Notes under the pieces: model-generated
What the model saw: the letters and a program-made list of their open reading frames with translations, nothing else
Told to the model about the DNA's origin: nothing
Databases searched by the model: none
NCBI RefSeq assembly: GCF_009914755.1
Contig: NC_060939.1
Reading direction: 5' to 3' (one strand)
From: the human T2T-CHM13v2.0 reference genome, Homo sapiens
Length of the DNA: 64,000 bases
Position numbers and translations under genes: made by a program
Shown here: piece by piece, positions 57,201 to 64,000 of the stretch
Position numbering within the stretch: position 1 is the stretch's first letter
Layout of the letters: every line of letters begins with the position of its first letter

Positions 57201-57831
57201 AGCATTGAACCTTTCTTTAGATAGAGCCAGTTGGAAAATGTCCTTTTGTAGAATCTGCAAAGTGATAATTTGAATGCTTTGAGACTTATGGTGAAAAAGA
57301 AAATATCTTCACATAAAAACTGGACAGAAGTTTTCTGAGAAAATTCTTTGTGATGTGTGCATTTATCTCAAAGAGTTGAAGCTTTTTTCAGTTGAGCAGT
57401 TTGGGAAAAGTCTTTTTGTAAAATCTGTAAAGGGACATTTGTGAACACTTTGAGGCCTATATTGAAAAAGGAAACATCTTCAAATAAAAACTAGACAGAA
57501 GCTTTCTGAGAAATTTCTTTGTGATGTGTGCATTCACCTCACAGAGTTGAACCTTTCTTTTGATTGAGTAGTTTGGAAACAGTCTTTTTGTAGAATATGC
57601 AAAGGGTTATTTATGAGCAGTTTGAGACTTATGATGAAAAAGTGAATATCAACAAATAAAAACTAGACAGAAACTTTCTGAGAAACTTCTCTGTGATGTG
57701 TGCATTCATCTCGCAGAGTGGAAGCTTTGTTTGAGCCATTTGGAAACAGTCTTTTTGTAGAATCTGCAAAGGGATATATGTAGGCGGTTTGAGGTCTATG
57801 GTGAAAATGGAAATATCTTCACATAAAAACT
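42290..57831 (+). repeat. Monomeric alpha satellite, mostly 172-bp A-type monomers
   Basis: tctgagaa at 54421, 54593 and 54765 (172-bp period); pJalpha-type CTATGGTGAAAAAGGAA; no CENP-B boxes seen. Confidence 0.98.
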
Positions 57832-57832
57832 G

Positions 57833-60800
57833 ACTGCTCAATGGGAAGAAACTTTTACTTCTGTGTGATGAATGCACACGTCACAAAGGAGTTACTCAGA
57901 AAATTTCTTTCTACTTTTTATGTGAAGATATTTCCTTTTTCAACATATGCCTCAACACACTCCCAGATTTCCCTTTGCAGATTCTATGAAAAGACTGTTT
58001 CCAAACTGCTCAATAAACAGAATGGTTCAACACTGTGAGATGAATGGGCACATCACAAAGAAGTTTCTCAGAAAGCTTCCTTCTCGTTTTTATGTGAGAT
58101 ATTCCCTTTTTGAACATAGGCCTTAATGCACTCCCAAATATACCTTTGCAGAATCTACAAAAAGGCTGTTTCCAAACTGCTCAATCAAAAGAAAGTTTCA
58201 ACTCTATTAGATGAATGCACACATCAGAAAGTAGTTTCTCAGCAAGCTTCTCACTAGTTTTTATGTGAAGATAGTTCCTTTTACAACGTGGGTCTCAAAG
58301 CACTCAAAAATATCCCTTTGTAGATTCCAGAATAACAGAGTTTACAAACTGCTCAATGAAAAGAAACATTTACCTCTGTGAGATGAATACACATATCTTA
58401 AAGCAGCTTCTCAGAATGCTTGTTTCTAGTTTTTATGTGAAGATATTTCCTGTTTCACCATAGGCCTTAATGCGCTCCTAAATATCCCTTTGCAGATTGT
58501 ACAAAAAGACTATTTCCAAAATGCTCAATCCAAAGAACGTTTCAACTCTGTGAGATGAATGCACATGTCACAAGTTTCTCGGAAACTTTGTTTATAGTTT
58601 TTCTGTGAAGATATTTCCTTTTCCACCATAGGCCTTGCCTCAAAGCCCTCACAAATATCCCTTTGCAGATTCTACAAAACGACTCTTTCCAAACCGCTTA
58701 ATATAAGCAATTATTGAACACTGTGAGATGAATGCACACATCTCAAAGAAGTTTCTCAGAATCCTTCAGTCTAGTTTTCAAGTGAATAGATTTCCTTTTT
58801 CACCATAGGCCTCAAAGTGCTCCAAATATCCATTTGCAGATTGTACAAAAAGACTATTTCCAAACTGCTCAATCAAAACAAAGGTTCAACTCTGTGTGAT
58901 GAATGCACACATCACAAAGAAGTTTCTCAGAATGCTTCTTTCTAGATTTCATGTGAAGATACTCGCTTTTTCACCATAGGCCTCAAAAAGCTCATAAATA
59001 TCCCTTTACAGATCCTATAAAAATAATTTTTCCAAATTGCTCAATCAAAAGAAAGGTTCAACTCTGTGAGATGATTGCACACATCACAAAGAAGCCACTA
59101 AGAAAGCTTCTGTCTAGTTTTTATGTGAAGATATTTCCTTTTTCACCATAGGCCTCAAAGCACTCACAAATATCCCTTTGCAGATTCTACAAGAAGAGAG
59201 TTTCCAGACTGATCAGAGAAAATAAACCTTTGCTTTTGTGAGATCAATGCACACATCACAAAGCTGTTTCTAAGAAACCTTCTTTATACCTTTTATATGA
59301 ATACATTTCCTTTTTCACCATTGGCCTCAAAGCACTCATAAATATGCCTTTGCAGTTTCCACAGACCGTTACCATACTGCTCAATCAAAAGTAAGTTTCA
59401 TCTTTGTGAGATGAATGCCCACATCACAAAGAGGTTTCTCAGAAAGCCTCTCACTAATTTTTATGTGAAGATATTTCCTTTTCCACCATAGGCCTCAAAG
59501 CACTCACAAATATCCCTTTGCAGACTCTACAAGGACAGTTTCCATACTGACCAGAGAAAAGAAACGTTTACCTCTGTGAGATGAATGCATACATCACAAA
59601 GCTGTTTCTGAGAAACCTTGTTTATACTTTTTATGTGAATATATTTTCTTTTTCACCATAGGCCTCAAAGCACCCATAAATATCCCTTTACAGATTCTAC
59701 AAAAAGACTGTTTCCAAACTGTTCAATCAAAAGAATGGTTGAACTCTATGAGATGAATGCACACATCACAAAGAAGTTTCTCAGAAAGCTTCTGTCTAGT
59801 TTTTATGTGAAGATATTTCCTATTTCATCATAAGCCTCATAGTTCTCAAAAATATGTCTTTACAGATTCTACAAAAATACTGTATCCAAATTGCTCAATC
59901 CAAAGAAAGGTTCAAATCTGTGAGATGAATGCACACATCACAAGGAGGTTTCTCAGAAAGCTTCTTTCTAGTTTTCATGTGAAAATATTTCCTTTTCCAC
60001 CATAGGCTTCAAAGCATCACAAATATCCCTTTGCAGATTCTACCAAAATACTGTTTACAAACTGCTCAATCAAAAGAATGTTTCAACTCTGTGAAATGAA
60101 TTCTCACATCTCCAAGGTGTTTCACAGAAAACTTCTGTCTAGTTTTTAAGTGAAGATAATTCCTTTTTCACCATACGCCTCAATGCACTGAAAAATATCC
60201 CTTTGCAGAGTTTCAAGAACAGAATTTCCAATATGCTCAATGAAGAGAAATGGTTACCTCTGTGAGATGAAAGCACACATCACAAAGCAGTTTCTCAGAA
60301 ATATTCTGTCTAATATTTATGCAAAGATAATTCCTTTTTCAACATAGGACACAAAACACTAACTAATAACCATTTGGAAATTCTACAAAATACTGTTTAC
60401 AAACTGCTCATCAAAAGAAAGTTTCACCTCTGTGGGATGAATGCATATATCAAAAAGATGTTTCTCAGAAAGTTTCTATCTTGTTTTTATGTGAATGAGT
60501 TTCTTTTTTCACCATGGTCCTTAAAGTGCTCAAAAATATCCCTTTGCAGATCCTAAAAAAATACTGTTTCCAAACTGCTTAGTCAAAGAATGTTTCAAAT
60601 CTGTGACATGAATGCACACATCACAAAGAAGTTGTTCAAAAACCTTCTTTATACTTTTTATGTGAAGATATTTCCTTTTAACCATAGACCTCAAAGCGCT
60701 CACAAATATACCTTTGCAGATTCTACAAAAAGATGGTTTCCCAACTGCTCAATCAAAAGAATTGTTGAACTCCGTGAGTTGAATGCATACATCACAAAGC

Positions 60801-61540
60801 AGTTTCTCAGAATTCTTTAGTCTAGTTTTTATGTGAAGATATTTTCTCTTTCACCATAGGCCTCAAAGTGCTCAGAAATATCCCTTTACAGATTCCACAA
60901 AAAGACGTTTCTAAACTGCTCAATCAAAAGAAAGTTTCAATTCTGTGAGATGCATGCACACATCACCAAAAAGTTTCTCAGTAGGGTTCTGTCTAGTTTT
61001 TATGTGAAGACAATTCCTTTTTCACCTCAGGGCTCTATGCACTCACAAATATCCCTTAGCAGATTCTAAAACAACAGAGTTTCCCAACTGATCAAAGAAA
61101 AGAATTGATTACCTCTGTGAGATGAACGCTGACATCACAAAACAGTTTCTCAGAAACCTTCTTTATAGTTTTCTGTGAAGATACTTCTTTTTCTGCACAG
61201 GCCTCAAAGTGCTCACAAATATCCATTTGCAGATTCTGCAAAAATACTGTTTCCAAAACTGCTGAATCAAAAGAGAGGTTCAATTCTGTGAGATGAATGC
61301 CCATATCACAAAGAAGTATCTCAGAAAATTTCCTTACACTTTGTATGTGAAGATATTTCCTTTGTCAACATAGGTCTCAAAGTGCTCAAAAATACCCCTT
61401 TTCAGATTGTACAAGAACAGAGTTTCCAGACTGATCAGAGAAAAGAAACGCTTACCTCTGTGAGATGAATGCACACATCACAAGGCTGTTTTTAGGAAAC
61501 CTGCTTTACAGTTCTTATGTGAAGATATGACCTTTTCCAC
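57833..61540 (-). repeat. Monomeric alpha satellite, opposite orientation, same old type
   Basis: Reverse-complement monomers (cacaaatatccctttgcagattc). Confidence 0.96.
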
Positions 61541-64000
61541 CATAGACCTCACAGCGCTCCAAATATCCACTAGCAGATTCTACAAAAAGAGTGTTGCAAA
61601 ACTGCTCAATCAAAGGAAAGCTTCAACTCTGAGAAATGAATGCAAACAACACAAAGAAGTTTCTCAGAATGCTTCTTTCTAATTTTTATGTTAAAGTGTT
61701 TCCTTTTCCACCATAGGCATCAAAGCACTCCAAATATCCACATACAGATACTACAAAAAGACTGTTTCCAAACTGCTCAATCAAAAGTGTGGTTCAACAC
61801 TCTGAGATGAATACACACATCACTAAGAGGTTTCTCAGAATGCTTCTGTCTAGTTTTTACATGAAGATATTTCCTTTTCCAACAAAGGCTTCAAATCGCA
61901 ACAAATTTCCACTTACAGATTCTACAAGAAGAGTATTTCAAAACTGATCAATCAAAAGAAAGTTTGAACTCAGTGAGATGAATGCACACATCACAAAGCA
62001 GTTTCTCAGAATGCTTCTATCGAGTTTTTGTGGGAAGATATTTCCTTTTCCAATAGAGTCCGCAAAGTGCTCCAAATATCCAATTTCAGATTCTACAAAA
62101 AGAGTGTTTCAACACTGCTCAAACAAAAGAAAGTTTCAACTCTGTGAGTTGAATGCACACAGCACAAAGAAGTTTCTCTGATTGCTTCTGTCTAGTTTTT
62201 ATGTGAAGATATTCCCTTTTCCACCATAGGCCCCAAAGCACAACAAATATCCACTTGCAGATTCTACAAAAAGTGTGTTTCAAAATAGCTCAATCAAAAG
62301 AAAGGTTGAACTCTGTGAGTTGAATGCACACATCACAAAGAAGCTTGTCAGAATGCTTCTGTCATGTTTTTATGTGAAGACATTTCCTTTTCCACTAGAG
62401 GCTGCCAAGCAATCAAATATCCACTTGCAGATACTACAAAAAGAGTGTTTCAAAACTGCTTAATCAAAAGAAATGTTCAAATCTGTGAGGTAAATGCACA
62501 CATCACAAAGAAGTTTCTCAGAATGCTTCTGTCTAATTTTTATGTAAAGACATTTCCTTTTCCACCATAGACCTTAAAGTGCTCCAAGTATCAATTTGCA
62601 TATACTACAAAAAGACTATTTCCAAACTGCTCAAACAAAATAGTTGTTCAACTCTGTGAGTTGAATGCACACGTCACAAAGAAGTTTCCCAGAATGCTTC
62701 TGCCTAGTTTTTATGTGAAGATATTTCCTTTTTCATCATAGGCTGCCAATCACTCCAAATATCCACTTGCAGATTCTACAAAAAGAGTGTTTCAAAACTG
62801 CTGAATCAAAAGAAAGGTTCAACTCTGTGAGATGAATGAAGACATCACAAAGAAGTTTCTCAGAATGCTTCTGTCTAATTTTTATGTTAAGGTATTTCCT
62901 TTTCCACCATAGGCCTCAAAGCGTTCCAAAAATCCACTTGCAGATTCTACAAAAAGACTGTCTCAAAACTGCTCAATCAAAAGAAACGTTCAATTCTGTG
63001 AGAGGAATGCATACATCACAATGAAGTTTCTCAGAAAACTTCTGTCTAGTTTTTATGTGAAGATATTTCCTTTTCAGCCTTAGGCCACAAAGCACTCCAA
63101 ATATCCATTGCACATTCTACAAAAAGTGTGTTTCAAAACTGCTCAATCCAAAGAAAGGTTTAACTCTGTGAGTTGAATGCCCACATCACAAAGAAGTTTT
63201 CCCGAATGCTACTGTCTAGGTTTTATGTGAAGATATTTCCTTTTCCACTTTAGAAGCAAACCTCTCCAAATATACACTTGAAGATTCTACAAAAAGAGTG
63301 TTTCAAAACTGTTCAATGAAATGAAAGGTTCAACTCTGTGAGATGAATGCACACATCACAAAGAAGTTTCTCAGAATGCTTCTGTCTAGTTTTTAAGTGA
63401 CGATATTTCCTTTTCAACTATAGGCCGCAAAGCACTCCAAATATCCACTTGCACATTCTATAAAAAGAGTGTTTCAAAACTTCTCAATCAAAAGAAAGGT
63501 TCAACTCTGTGAGATGAACGTACACATCACAAAGAAGTTTCTCAGAAAGATTCTGTCTACTTTTTATGTGAAGATATTTCCTATTGCCCCAGAGGCCTGA
63601 ATGGGTTTCTCAAATATCCCTCTGCAGATTGTACAAAATGTCTGTTTCCAAACTGCTCAATCAAAAGAAAGGTTTACCTCTGTGATATGAATGCACACAT
63701 CATAAACAAGTTTCTCATAATGCTTCTGTCTGGTTTTAATGTGAAGATATTTCCCTTTCCACTGTAGTCCACAAAGCGCTCCAAATATACACTTGCAGAT
63801 TCTACAAGAGGACAGTTTCCAAACTGCTCAATCAAAAGAAAGATTCAACTCTGTGAGATGAATGCACAAGTCAGAAGAAGTTACTCAGAATGCTTCTGTC
63901 TAGCTTTTATGTGAAGTTTTTTCCTTTTCCACTATACGCCACAAAGCGCTCCAAATATACCCATGCAGGTATATAAAAAGAGGGTTTCCAAACTGCTCAA
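61541..64000 (-). repeat. Monomeric alpha satellite, 171-bp M1/SF4-like layer
   Basis: ccaaatatccacttgcag...aagagtgtttcaaaac; landmark at 62001, 62172, 62343 (171-bp period). Confidence 0.85.

Noticed and set aside
42290-64000. CRISPR-like array, coding ORFs, or active centromeric HOR
   Set aside because: Contiguous diverged 171/172-bp monomers with no unique spacers or cas genes; no CENP-B boxes or homogeneous HOR

Overview
Primate (human/great-ape-type) pericentromeric DNA with no intact protein-coding gene. In order: an old L1M split by a full-length, inactivated L1PA3/4-type LINE-1 on the minus strand (~273-6373); a probable SST1/NBL2 monomer (~8.8-10.4 kb) fused to a decayed, minus-strand, two-unit D4Z4-like array with DUX4-like pseudogenes (10.4-18.0 kb), interrupted by a 5'-inverted PCMTD1 processed pseudogene with a 17-bp TSD; a Tigger1 remnant carrying an Alu and a solo LTR5A (18.0-21.0 kb); an orphan, promoterless rDNA unit (IGS, partial 5'ETS with a miR-663-like hairpin, 18S, ITS1, 5.8S, truncated ITS2, no 28S; ~21.2-40.4 kb); a short unique segment with L1M/MIR remnants; and ~21.7 kb of CENP-B-box-free monomeric alpha satellite with a strand switch at ~57832 and a 172-to-171-bp layer change near 61.5 kb. 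I found no evidence of a new functional biological system. The best new observations are structural: a 15.5-kb alpha-satellite inversion whose two breakpoints rejoin in monomer phase, twin-priming signatures of the PCMTD1 retrocopy, an L1-associated deletion of the IGS CDC27 pseudogene, a hybrid HD1/HD2 DUX homeobox, and a substitution shared by most IGS Alus. Family names rest on recalled consensus sequences, not a database search. The exact chromosome and species are not determined.
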